A DNA stretch of 64,000 nt, from assembly GCF_009914755.1 (NCBI RefSeq), contig NC_060925.1; one strand, written 5' to 3'. The stretch comes from the human T2T-CHM13v2.0 reference genome, Homo sapiens. Position 1 is the first letter of the stretch; every line of letters starts with the position of its first letter. Shown here one piece after another: positions 1 through 11,710 of this stretch. A program made the position numbers and the translations under genes. The notes under the pieces are model-generated. The model did no database searches. It was not told the origin of the DNA and saw only the letters and a list, made by a program, of their open reading frames with translations.

Positions 1-850
1 ATAACTCTGGCTTAAACTTCTTCTAAGCCACCGCTGCTCCTCGGCGCTTCGAAAAGTTTCCCGCAAAGCGAAAGAACTAACTTTCTCTTTTGACTTGGGG
101 CGCGAAAGGTTCCTGGTGACGGAGGTCGGGCGTCCACTCTGCCGCCAGCCTCGAGCGCCGCTTCTCTCCGCCGACGGCGCTGGCTTGCCCGGCTGGGAGA
201 GGGCGTAAGGTGGGTGGGCGGGTGCGTTGGGGTGTCCGAGGCTGCCTCGCTCGCCGTCCCGCTCCATCCCTCGCTTCGAGACACGGCACTGTGGGAGCCG
301 ATCCTTCCCGGGTGGGGGGGGGGGGCGCAGAGAGGCACGAAGGCCGGAGGCTTGCGGGAGGGCTGCCCCACGCGCCGAGAGGAATGAATGGGGAAGGGGC
401 GAGAGGGCGGGAGGCGTCCCGGGCGCGGCCGCTGGGGGTCGCCCTGGGTACCCCGCAGCACTGGCGGCAGGACCGTGAAGGCAACCCCGAGAAAAAGTTA
501 GCTGGGATAAGCTTGGAAGTGGCGAGCGCTGGTGTCGCGCTGTCCCGGGGCGGAAGACGGGGAGGGCTCCCGGCAACGGCTGGTGTCCGGACCCCGAGCC
601 CGGGACTCCCACACACCTGGGACTCTCACTCTGGCTTTTCCTTCGGCGGGTCCGCGGGAGACCCACCGTGGCGGGGAAGCGAGGGTGTGGAGCCACTTGT
701 GCAGATATTTGAGAGAATGGCTTTGTGGTCTAGTGCCAGGACTCTGAGCGCTTACACTGCAATCGATGTCGTTGGGCCTCAGTATGCGGAGCCGGGAAAT
801 AAGGGCACATGGGCAGTACCGGCCCCCTCTGCGTGTTGGAGGGCACAATG
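1..850. promoter_or_regulatory. ATF3: CpG island at the 5' end of ATF3 (downstream part of the proximal promoter island / start of intron 1)
   Basis: Very high GC and CpG density over ~1-800, with a G12 run at 314-325; CpG content drops sharply afterwards. It lies ~5 kb upstream of the first ATF3 coding exon; the non-coding exon 1 appears to lie just outside the window. Confidence 0.85.
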
Positions 851-3800
851 CAGTGGTTGGACCAGATAACTACTAAGGTCCTTTCTGTCTGGAGATTTTC
901 AGATTTTGGAGTGGTGTAGTGGGGAGAAAAGGAGCCAGTGAGGGGACTTGAATGGGGTGGGTCTCTATCTAATGTCATTCACCAGTGTCCAGACAGTGGG
1001 GGAAAGGGGACTTTTCTGCAGGGCATCTTTTCCCTCACCAGCTTTCTTTCCACTGGATTCGTTCTCCTTCTCTGCTCCCCCCACTCCCATTTTCATTTCT
1101 CATCTACTTCCTTTCCTCCTAAACATTTTCTTTTCCCTAATTTCATTGCATAGGTCACATATGCTTTCTTACAAATAAAATAGTTACTAAATCCTTGATG
1201 AACCCAGAAAGAAAAGGAGAGCCAGAAAATCTGGATGTTCTCTCAGTGTACCCCTTTCGTTGTAGGTGACAGTCATATCTTCTGTTCGAAGTTTCTGTCT
1301 CTGTAACTTAAAGTGAAGGCAAAAAATTGGTATTACTGTCCCCATTGTTTTGCAGTTAGCATTGGTTGTAGAATAATGCTACAACATACAGGCTCCTGCT
1401 TTGAGGATATCCTGGGCAAAGATGGGATGGGGTGAGGATTGCAGTTACTGTCGGAATGGTTTCAGAGACAGCAAAGAAGGCAGCACCCCACGCCCGCAGT
1501 GGGGATAAGATACAGCACCCAGCATCTGTGGCAGTGATGGGAGCCTTCTTTTTCTCTCTCTCTTCCTCCTTGCCCTTTAGCCATTATAGAATTCCTTTTT
1601 CTCCATGGCCGTTTTCTTCGATAGCCCCTCCCTATCTCAGTCCTGTCAAAGTCTCCTCTGTGATTGGTACCAGGTGCCAGGACTCTTGACCCCTTATCTA
1701 CCTGGCTAATGGCTCTGTTCTCTGGTTGCCTTGTTGGTTGATCCCTTGAGGCGGTCGATACCTATTGGTGATGGAGCAAAATGAGCAGTCGGTGGGTGTT
1801 CAGCAGCTTGGCATGGGCTGGGCCACTCACCAGCTTTATGACCTCAGGCAAGTCATTTTTACCTCCCTGGACCAATGTACTCATTATGAAATGAGAATCT
1901 GACCTAGATGATTCTAATATTGAGAGGGTGTGATTTCCATTAGATAGAGTCCATGATTCCTTCCTTTTTAAAATTGGCTGGGCATGGGACAGGGCCAGTG
2001 GCTTCGAGTGTTTACCCAGCCAGGGGAGGAGGAAGGACATAGCCAAGATGCCTCAGAAGCTTTCCAAGGGAGAAATGGTTTATATGTGAGAATTGGTTCT
2101 CTTTCAAATATGTAATGCAGAAATGCTGGCATCAGCAAATAGTGGGGTGAAACCTACCTGGTCTGTGAAGAACTTGGGGTCAATGAGAGTACAAAAGAGG
2201 CTCTGACTGACCTGAATGTCTTGAAGGTTCCAGTTAATTCCTCACTAACAGGGCTTTATTGAATTGATAACAACAGAATGAGTTTTTCCTGAAATGGAGA
2301 AGATGGAGTCACAGTAGTAATGACTACCCGGTGTGTATGTAAATCTCATATGTCCTTCTCAACAGCCCTTTGGGGAAGGCAGTTTTGATCTCAAATTACA
2401 GAGGAAGAGAATGAGAGGCCCAGAAAGCCTAAGTGATTTGTTGGTGGATGCTCAGCTTATGAGTGGCACTGATAGGCTTAGAAACATTGTCTCTGGCCCT
2501 TGATGCCCAGCTTTGCACCTCTTCAAGAGGTCTGGGAGGAAGACCAAGATATGAAGAGTTAGTGAAAGGCCAGTACTGGCTTCCTAGTAACATAAGATGG
2601 TTAGCAAGCAATGCTTAGTGGAAAGAGGATGAAAATTAAAAGTGAAAATTCAATGTAGCTGTAGCTACTAGGAAATAAAAATCTGGGAGCTGAATTTCCA
2701 GTTAAAGGAATACATGAGTAAACTTTCACTTTCTTGAAAATGATGAAACTGCCAATGATACAACATGATTTCTGATTGGAAATAATCAAGCAGAAACAAA
2801 ATGCAAGTTCTTGGTAGCAAGTCTGAACAATTTTATGATCAGCATAGAAAGTCAACTCTGATCTGAGGTCCCCAAACAATTTTTTTCAATGACCGGGATG
2901 TTTGAGGATCTCAACTTTCTGAAAAATTGTGTGAAGATTTAACTTCATTTCCTTGTGGGGACACAGCCGTAGTCTAGGCTGAATCATACCTCGAGAGACT
3001 GAGTAAAGGAATAACTAGAAAGTATCCCGAGAAGTTAAGCTTTAGCCTAGTGCCGAGAAAACCCAAATCTCGACAGATACATCTGTTTTATTTTCTGAAA
3101 GGCTTTTAACATTTTTACAACCATTTATGTCCCCAAGGAAGCCCACCCAATGCTTTTCATAAAAGCATTCCATACCACTGACATTCTTCAGCTTCTTTCA
3201 TTGGGACTGCTGACTTTACATAAGAAGAAGGGTAGGGGGCGGGAGTCATAAACAGCAGACCCCAAGCCCTGAGAGCTCATTAATAAACCTAGTTGGATGG
3301 CAAAATGGAACTACACTCTACTGCAGTGGAATTCAAAGTCCCCGTGTAGAAGGGAGCCATCCAGGCCTCCAAACAAAGACCAGCCCAGTGGCAGCTCTGA
3401 ATGTCATCCCCGAATCACTGAGTTTTTAATAAACTTGGAAAGGGAAGGGAAACATGAATGCATGGGAGAATCTTAAGCCTCTGGCTTTAGAAGGCTAGTT
3501 TCTCAGAGTTTATTGCCTGACAGCGACAAGTATCCTCCCAGCATCCTAAGATTATAGGATTAAATTGAGAGAAGAACTTCAGTTCTGACTCATGACACAG
3601 GGCTTTGGGAAAAGAATTACATACATAGCCTGGGTTTCTTTGACTAGTCAAGGGCAGATTTCATTGGCCTGGAAGTCTTGCCTCCATTGGTGTATGTTAG
3701 ATCTCCAGGGGGAGTTTGAAGTCAGGGTATTCTATTCAGAAGCCTTTGAGATCAAAGTGGGTGACCAGCTGCCCTCCTTCCTGGACTCCACAGAGCCTCT

Positions 3801-4853
3801 GTCAGAGAGCCAGCCCTGGGCTGGAGAGATCTCTGGGAGGCCTAGTAATCATGGAGCTCCTGGCCAAAGAATGTTTTCCAGGGCATATTCATGTATTAGT
3901 TCCTCAATTCCTCATAGGATATTATGGGAAAATAGGGCGATTATTACAAGCCCTCTTTAACAGAGGAGAAAAAGCCACGGGGAGGTACAATGATAACACA
4001 TAATGGAGTAAGTGGGCTTCAAATCTTCATCTTCTGACCTCAGTCTGGGAATTTTGTGGATAAGAGACCCACTTGCTCACACTCCCAGAAGGCAGTTAGC
4101 AAGCAGCCTGGGTATGCACCGTGACATAAAGATTAGCAGTTCATTAAACAGAGTTCAGTTTATCCCGAGGAATCTTTACTTAGCCTCCCCTCTATCACTT
4201 CATTTCCAGGCCTCCCACCTACCTTAAGGCCTGCCCCGAGAAAATTTGCTCTGGTTTTTTGTTTGTTTGTGCAATATAACATAATGCTTGTTTGTTTTTG
4301 TAATGTAGAATAATATTTGTTTGTTTTTTGCAATGTACAAATTAAGGGCATGAATCCTGGAGCCAAACTAACTTAATTCCAAATCCTGATGCTGCCCCAT
4401 ATTAATTCTGTGAATTCGGGCAAATGACTTAGTTTGTCTAAACCTCAATTATCTCATCTATAAAAGGCAGCTAGATCTTAACTCACTGGGTTCTCGTGAG
4501 GATTAAATGAGATAGTGCCCCTAAGGTTTCTGGTATGAAGGAGGCACTCCTTAAATGTTCGAGACTTGCCAGAGGGCTTCTTCTCTGTCTGGACTGTGCT
4601 AATGACCACAGATCCCCGGTTGAGAGGAATGCCCAGACCACACTCATCCTACACTCATCCCTATACTCATTGTCCCTTGGGAACCAACTGCAGGGAGGAG
4701 GGGAAATGGCCACCACTGGAGGGAGTACACAGCAGGCCAAGACTTATGGGGGACTCTTCCAAATTGGGGCCATGGAACTGTCACTATTTCTACTCTTTAT
4801 TTTCCTTTTGTCATCCTTTTGGGTTCACCGAGCTATAGAATAACAGAGGGAGA

Positions 4854-5408
4854 TGAATTTAGCAAATACATCACTGAAGCTTCTCCCTCGGAAGTTGGGC
4901 CCAAGCAATGGGAATGAGAAAGGTAACCTTGGACCGTGGGGGCCATTTGATTTGATGACCCCATCCCCACTTCATTTATCAGTTGGCCAATGAGGCATGG
5001 CGAGTCAGGCATTGGGCCAGGCTCTGGGTAAAGCAATGGTGGAGACTCAATGCTTGCATTGGAGGAGCTGTCAGTCATTTACCAGACACAGACTGGGTCC
5101 TAGAGAGCTGAAATTACTAGCTCAAGTCACTGCTGTTTAGTGCCAGAGCCAGCCCCAGGGTTCCCTGCCCCCACACCCAGCCTAAGTCTATCCCTATACC
5201 ACAGGCCTGAACAACTCCCCCACAATACAGTGCCTCACTTTTCTTTAAGACCTTTTGCTTTGCCAACCTTAACCTTAAGAATCCACCTCCCCATCCCCTG
5301 CCAAAGACTGGGGTGAAGAAACGCACCTGGCTACAGTTACCTTTCTCATTCCCATTGCTTGGGCCCAACTTCGGGGGAGAAGCTTCAGAGATGTATTTGC
5401 TAAATTCA
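4854..5408. repeat. Non-Alu inverted repeat: arms 4854-4927 and 5336-5408, 408-nt spacer
   Basis: Arm 1 versus the reverse complement of arm 2 differs by 2 substitutions and 1 indel (71/74). Confidence 0.95.
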
Positions 5409-5454
5409 AGGATTCCCCACTTTTTGCTTTTACTTCCACTCACTGATAGTTTCA

Positions 5455-5468
5455 GCTTGACGTCAAGC
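5455..5468. promoter_or_regulatory. Consensus CRE/ATF site TGACGTCA within a 14-bp palindrome, ATF3 intron 1
   Basis: GCTTGACGTCAAGC read directly; core at 5458-5465. Confidence 0.55.
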
Positions 5469-5958
5469 CTCTTTGAAAAAGAGGCTTTTTTTTTTAAGTG
5501 AAAGAAACTTTATTTTGAGTAATATACAAAAAAAAAAAAAGAGAGAGAGAGAGAAAGAAAAAGAAGCTGAAAATGAGATTACTCATGATTTTTAAAATGG
5601 CCTCACTGATTTTTAAAAAATGTTCTTCCTCTTTCAGGACTGTTTGTGGCCACATTTGCACATAGGCACACCAGCCAAAACTCATAGATCTTGTGAATTC
5701 AGAGTAGCCTGAAACATCATCCCTTATAAATTTCAAATAGGCATTTTGTTCATGTCACTGAGCTATGTGTATTTTAAGAACCTGCTTTACTTAAGATGAG
5801 AATGGCATGAAATGAAAACAAAACAGAAACCCAAGGGCTTATGGGACTTTTCTCTGAGGGTGGGGCTCTGGTGTTGGAGGTCTGGTGGGGGAGGGGGACT
5901 TGATCCCATGCCCCAGAGCCCCTGAAACAGTTTGGGTTTCAATGTGTCTTTCAGCAAA

Positions 5959-6198
5959 ATGATGCTTCAACACCCAGGCCAGGTCTCTGCCTCGGAAGTG
6001 AGTGCTTCTGCCATCGTCCCCTGCCTGTCCCCTCCTGGGTCACTGGTGTTTGAGGATTTTGCTAACCTGACGCCCTTTGTCAAGGAAGAGCTGAGGTTTG
6101 CCATCCAGAACAAGCACCTCTGCCACCGGATGTCCTCTGCGCTGGAATCAGTCACTGTCAGCGACAGACCCCTCGGGGTGTCCATCACAAAAGCCGAG
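5959..6198 (+). CDS. ATF3: ATF3 coding exon 1 (exon 2 of mRNA), aa 1-80
   Basis: Acceptor tctttcAG|C (exon starts 5955); ATG at 5959; encodes MMLQHPGQVSASEVSASAIVPCLSPPGSLVFEDFANLTPFVKEELRFAIQNKHLCHRMSSALESVTVSDRPLGVSITKAE, which matches human ATF3; donor GAG|GTGGGT at 6198/6199; phase 0. Confidence 0.98.
5998..6084 (+). other. ATF3: 87-nt in-frame exitron inside ATF3 coding exon 1 (removes aa 14-42; deltaZip2c-type)
   Basis: Donor GAA|GTGAGT at 5998, branch-like GCTAAC at 6061-6066, acceptor ttgtcaAG|GAAGAG at 6084/6085; 87 nt = 29 codons, and both ends fall on codon boundaries. Confidence 0.7.
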
Positions 6199-6379
6199 GT
6201 GGGTTCTATCACAGGTATTCATTCTTTCGGCACATGTTTCGCTCGCAGCCACTGTGTGTTGGGCATGTTCTAGGCAGGGGGCTGTTGTTGAGAGTGAAAC
6301 AAACAAAACCACTGCCCTCAGGGAGCTTACCTTCTCCTGGGAGGAGACAGAAGTACATAACATACGTAAGTACACGTTA

Positions 6380-6904
<525 letters not shown>

Positions 6905-7137
6905 TAAATTAGGAAGTCAGGTAAGGATTCACTGATAGTGACTTTTGAGCAGAGGTCAAAAGGAAAGGAAGAAGGAAAGAGGAGAGGGAAGAAACCACGT
7001 GGGTATCTGGTAAAAGAAATTAAGGGCACTGAGGTGGAAGTATTGGTGCCTGGTGGGCTGTGCAGTGGGGCAGAGTATAGGGGTGGGAGATAAATAGGGG
7101 CTGGTCATATTGGGTCTTACAGACTATTATTGTATAG

Positions 7138-7535
<398 letters not shown>

Positions 7536-8869
7536 TGATTTATATTTTTAAATGATCACCCTGGCTGTCATGTTGAGAATGGGCAGTAGGGGTAAGACAG
7601 AAGCTGAGTGCACAGAAAGGAGGCCGTGGCAGGAATCCACGTGAGTCAGGGGGCCTGCAGCAGGAGGGAGCAGTGCAGGTGCTGAGAAGTGGTTGGCTTT
7701 GGATCTGACTTGAAGGTAAAGCTGATTTGCTGATAGATTGGATGTGGGGTGTAAGAGAAAGGGAAGACTCAAGGGTGACTGAGTTTTCTGGCCAGCATAG
7801 CTGTAAGAATGGAGCGTCCATTTGCTGCTGAGATTTGGGATTATAGGGGTTAGGGTGGTGGCAAGAGCAGGAGGTCTGTCCTATTCTGCAGACCCCTGTG
7901 GAGATGTCAAGCAGGCAGTTGGATATGTGAGTCTGGAGTTCAGAGGACAGTCTGGGCTAGAGATAATAGAGTTGGAAATTATCGGCATATAGATGGCACT
8001 TAAAGCCATGAGTCAGGATGAGGCCACCTTCTGTGTCCAGTTGTTCTGAAGAAGCTTGGAGCGTGGTGGTCCCTGTTTTTATCACTACTAGGACCCAAGC
8101 ACCCAGACAGTAGAGCAAGGACCAGGCAGCCTGCCCCACCCTTCCCTGTAGCAATGTTCACAGCCTTGGGACCAGGTGTTGCTCCAGGTTCACTTCTGTC
8201 TGACACACTTGCACTGTTCCACGCTTGGCAACCTTGGGTAAGACTCCTGGAATAATAAACATGGTGAGAAGTCTGGGAGGCGGCTTCTGGCGATGCCATA
8301 GTGGCTTAAGGATGTCAGAGCTGAGGTTCCACCATTTTATTGGCCTTTTCCTCATGGTGGCAAGTGGAAGTGTTTCAGGCTTACTCAACTGGCATGATTG
8401 CAGCCTTTGGGCAAGGAGTAGTGGGACTGACCTAAAAGACTGTCCTAGTTCACCACTTGCAGGTGGCACCCCAGCATGGGCCGATTAATGCCGCTTTGGT
8501 TGGGAATGGGCTTAGGTGCCTTTTCTACAGGAGCATCATGGGCTTCTCCCAAAATTGGGAAGCTGGTGCTCTGATGCTCCAGGTGAAGTCAGAGGTGAAT
8601 GGGGTTGCCCTTGGGTCTTGAATTGAAGAAGAGGCCGGGAGTGGGTGGCTAGGTAATGATCCTGAGATCATTCCTGGTTCTCAAAGAAAGGAGATGTTTA
8701 CCAGACAGAATCTGTTTCGGCTTTAAATGATTATAGTTAATACCAATAGTTATCAATTTGCATATTATCCTCATCTCAAAATCCAAATGCATTTTTAAAA
8801 TTGGCTAACTTTTAATTTACTAATATATTGCCGGTATAATTTTAACTTTGATTTTTGTTGTTCACTCAC

Positions 8870-8901
8870 GTGTGTGTGTGTGCGTGTGTGTGTGTGTGTG
8901 T
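8870..8901. repeat. (TG)n microsatellite ~160 nt upstream of ATF3 exon 3
   Basis: Direct reading. Confidence 0.95.
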
Positions 8902-9061
8902 AGGGGTTTTCACACAAAAGTCTAGAGCTTTAGTATTTCGGGGTCTTTTAGCGCTAGCATTGCCCTTGTCTGCCAGCTTTTGCTGGCAGTAAAAGGCAGT
9001 GTATTTGAGGTAGGTGGCATTTCTTACTGCCCTTTAAATGTGTTTCTTTTGGATTTTACAG

Positions 9062-9169
9062 GTAGCCCCTGAAGAAGATGAAAGGAAAAAGAGGCGACGA
9101 GAAAGAAATAAGATTGCAGCTGCAAAGTGCCGAAACAAGAAGAAGGAGAAGACGGAGTGCCTGCAGAAA
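9062..9169 (+). CDS. ATF3: ATF3 coding exon 2, basic DNA-binding region, aa 81-116
   Basis: Acceptor ttttacAG|G; translates [36 protein letters not shown] (bZIP basic motif N-x2-AA-x-KCR); donor AAA|GTGAGT; 108 nt, phase 0. Confidence 0.98.
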
Positions 9170-9980
9170 GTGAGTGCCTTCTAGCCTTACCCTTCCTCTC
9201 GCTCACGCCTGTCTTCACCAGCTTCATGTGGCTATCAGAAGAAGAGTTAGAAAACCCCCTACTTGGTTATAGTTTCCCAAGAAGGGCCTTGTAGCTGGTA
9301 GCAGAAATGCCAGTTGCAGAATGAGGAGGTGGCAAAGCAGTTAACACAATGGATGTGACGGTGGATGTATAAAAACAGGTGTGTGAATTCGTCTGATGCC
9401 TGACTCCCAGCAGCCTCGGCCGGTTCATACATGTCCATCAGCTTCCAGGCTGCAGGACATGCCAGCCCAGTTAAAGAGGCTTCACTTGACTGTTTTCCTG
9501 AGAAAAGGAAGCTGCCAGCTCTCATTTGGCTCACTATGAAAAGCCTTTAATTAATCTCTTCAAACAAGTTATTTCCTTAATCCACAAGCAGTGGTTACAC
9601 TTGCTTTGCATTCTTGTCTGGTTCCTAACTCTAGAGCCCTTCTCCCTGGCTTAGCCAGTAAGCTGAGCCCCTGGCTGCGTTCAGCCGGCCCGCCTGAGAG
9701 ACACTAGGGGAAATAGCTTTTGTGGGCAAGCAGGGTGGCCGGTGGTGCTCAGCAGTCTTTCCAGTGGCTGTGTCCCTCCTCCAAATGTGGACAGGCCATG
9801 ACAGAGTCTTAGCCCAAGTCCCACAGATCCCCAAAAGTTCTGTTGATTGCTTCAGGGGATCAGTGAAAATTAGGGAATTTTGTGTGTTGCTATATACATT
9901 TTTTCTGGGGAGATGAGCTTCTCATTGAGATCTGTGACTCAGAATCGACTAAGCCACCATAAGTCTGGATTTCTCCCCAG

Positions 9981-10040
9981 CTCCCAAGGCCCTTTTGGGT
10001 CCAGAAGACCTGCATATGGGCTGTTGACTCATGCAAATGA
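9981..10040 (+). CDS. ATF3: ATF3 alternative terminal coding segment (deltaZip2-type isoform, zipper-less, 135 aa)
   Basis: Acceptor tttctccccAG|C at 9980/9981 in phase 0 gives LPRPFWVQKTCIWAVDSCK*, recognised as the deltaZip2 C-terminus; donor GAG|GTATCT follows at 10041/10042. Confidence 0.85.
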   Translation, partial: LPRPFWVQKTCIWAVDSCK

Positions 10041-10056
10041 GGTATCTGAACTGCAG

Positions 10057-10068
10057 CTTCAGTATTAG
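10057..10068 (+). CDS. ATF3: ATF3 alternative acceptor giving an ...LQY* end (deltaZip3-type isoform)
   Basis: ctgcAG|CTT CAG TAT TAG in phase 0 with exon 9062-9169; matches my recollection of the deltaZip3 C-terminus; the pyrimidine tract is weak. Confidence 0.55.
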   Translation, partial: LQY

Positions 10069-10292
10069 CAGAGCCACAGGCCGCCTCTGTGGCATCACCA
10101 GGGTTTCTCTGAAGAAGAGGGTCTGCATTTTCCTAAACCCAGTGCTGCTCTCCCATCTCCCATCTTCCTCTCGCAGCTTGATGAGCCCCGGTGTGTCCCA
10201 GGTACACCCCTGCATCCAGGCAGCAGCCCAGGCCACCCCCTCCTCACTGGCCCTTGGCTCCTTTCTTGATGCCTCTGTTGCTTGTCCCCCAG

Positions 10293-10490
10293 GAGTCGGA
10301 GAAGCTGGAAAGTGTGAATGCTGAACTGAAGGCTCAGATTGAGGAGCTCAAGAACGAGAAGCAGCATTTGATATACATGCTCAACCTTCATCGGCCCACG
10401 TGTATTGTCCGGGCTCAGAATGGGAGGACTCCAGAAGATGAGAGAAACCTCTTTATCCAACAGATAAAAGAAGGAACATTGCAGAGCTAA
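10293..10490 (+). CDS. ATF3: ATF3 last coding exon, leucine zipper and C-terminus, aa 117-181
   Basis: Acceptor tcccccAG|G; ESEKLESVNAELKAQIEELKNEKQHLIYMLNLHRPTCIVRAQNGRTPEDERNLFIQQIKEGTLQS*; heptad leucines; 80+36+65=181 aa. Confidence 0.98.
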   Translation, partial: ESEKLESVNAELKAQIEELKNEKQHLIYMLNLHRPTCIVRAQNGRTPEDERNLFIQQIKEGTLQS

Positions 10491-11710
10491 GCAGTCGTGG
10501 TATGGGGGCGACTGGGGAGTCCTCATTGAATCCTCATTTTATACCCAAAACCCTGAAGCCATTGGAGAGCTGTCTTCCTGTGTACCTCTAGAATCCCAGC
10601 AGCAGAGAACCATCAAGGCGGGAGGGCCTGCAGTGATTCAGCAGGCCCTTCCCATTCTGCCCCAGAGTGGGTCTTGGACCAGGGCAAGTGCATCTTTGCC
10701 TCAACTCCAGGATTTAGGCCTTAACACACTGGCCATTCTTATGTTCCAGATGGCCCCCAGCTGGTGTCCTGCCCGCCTTTCATCTGGATTCTACAAAAAA
10801 CCAGGATGCCCACCGTTAGGATTCAGGCAGCAGTGTCTGTACCTCGGGTGGGAGGGATGGGGCCATCTCCTTCACCGTGGCTACCATTGTCACTCGTAGG
10901 GGATGTGGAGTGAGAACAGCATTTAGTGAAGTTGTGCAACGGCCAGGGTTGTGCTTTCTAGCAAATATGCTGTTATGTCCAGAAATTGTGTGTGCAAGAA
11001 AACTAGGCAATGTACTCTTCCGATGTTTGTGTCACACAACACTGATGTGACTTTTATATGCTTTTTCTCAGATCTGGTTTCTAAGAGTTTTGGGGGGTGG
11101 GGCTGTCACCACGTGCAGTATCTCAAGATATTCAGGTGGCCAGAAGAGCTTGTCAGCAAGAGGAGGACAGAATTCTCCCAGCGTTAACACAAAATCCATG
11201 GGCAGCATGATGGCAGGTCCTCTGTTGCAAACTCAGTTCCAAAGTCACAGGAAGAAAGCAGAAAGTTCAACTTCCAAAGGGTTAGGACTCTCCACTCAAT
11301 GTCTTAGGTCAGGAGTTGTGTCTAGGCTGGAAGAGCCAAAGAATATTCCATTTTCCTTTCCTTGTGGTTGAAAACCACAGTCAGTGGAGAGATGTTTGGA
11401 AACCACAGTCAGTGGAGCCTGGGTGGTACCCAGGCTTTAGCATTATTGGATGTCAATAGCATTGTTTTTGTCATGTAGCTGTTTTAAGAAATCTGGCCCA
11501 GGGTGTTTGCAGCTGTGAGAAGTCACTCACACTGGCCACAAGGACGCTGGCTACTGTCTATTAAAATTCTGATGTTTCTGTGAAATTCTCAGAGTGTTTA
11601 ATTGTACTCAATGGTATCATTACAATTTTCTGTAAGAGAAAATATTACTTATTTATCCTAGTATTCCTAACCTGTCAGAATAATAAATATTGGAACCAAG
11701 ACATGGTAAA
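10491..11710 (+). other. ATF3: ATF3 3'UTR with AU-rich element and poly(A) signals
   Basis: Follows TAA at 10488-10490; ATTAAA 11560-11565; TTATTTAT ARE ~11649-11656; AATAAA 11682-11687 followed by a GT-rich tract (tgtgttgtgctggttt) at ~11713. Confidence 0.85.
11682..11687 (+). terminator. ATF3: ATF3 polyadenylation signal AATAAA
   Basis: Canonical hexamer with a downstream GU-rich element ~25 nt later. Confidence 0.85.

Noticed and set aside
12-869. Several 100-220 aa ORFs on both strands at the window start
   Set aside because: These are stop-poor frames typical of a CpG island; Pro/Arg/Gly-rich, with no recognisable domain.
9059-9065. Tandem acceptor CAG|GTAG at ATF3 exon 3
   Set aside because: Using the second AG shifts the frame by 4 nt, and nothing in the sequence shows it is used.
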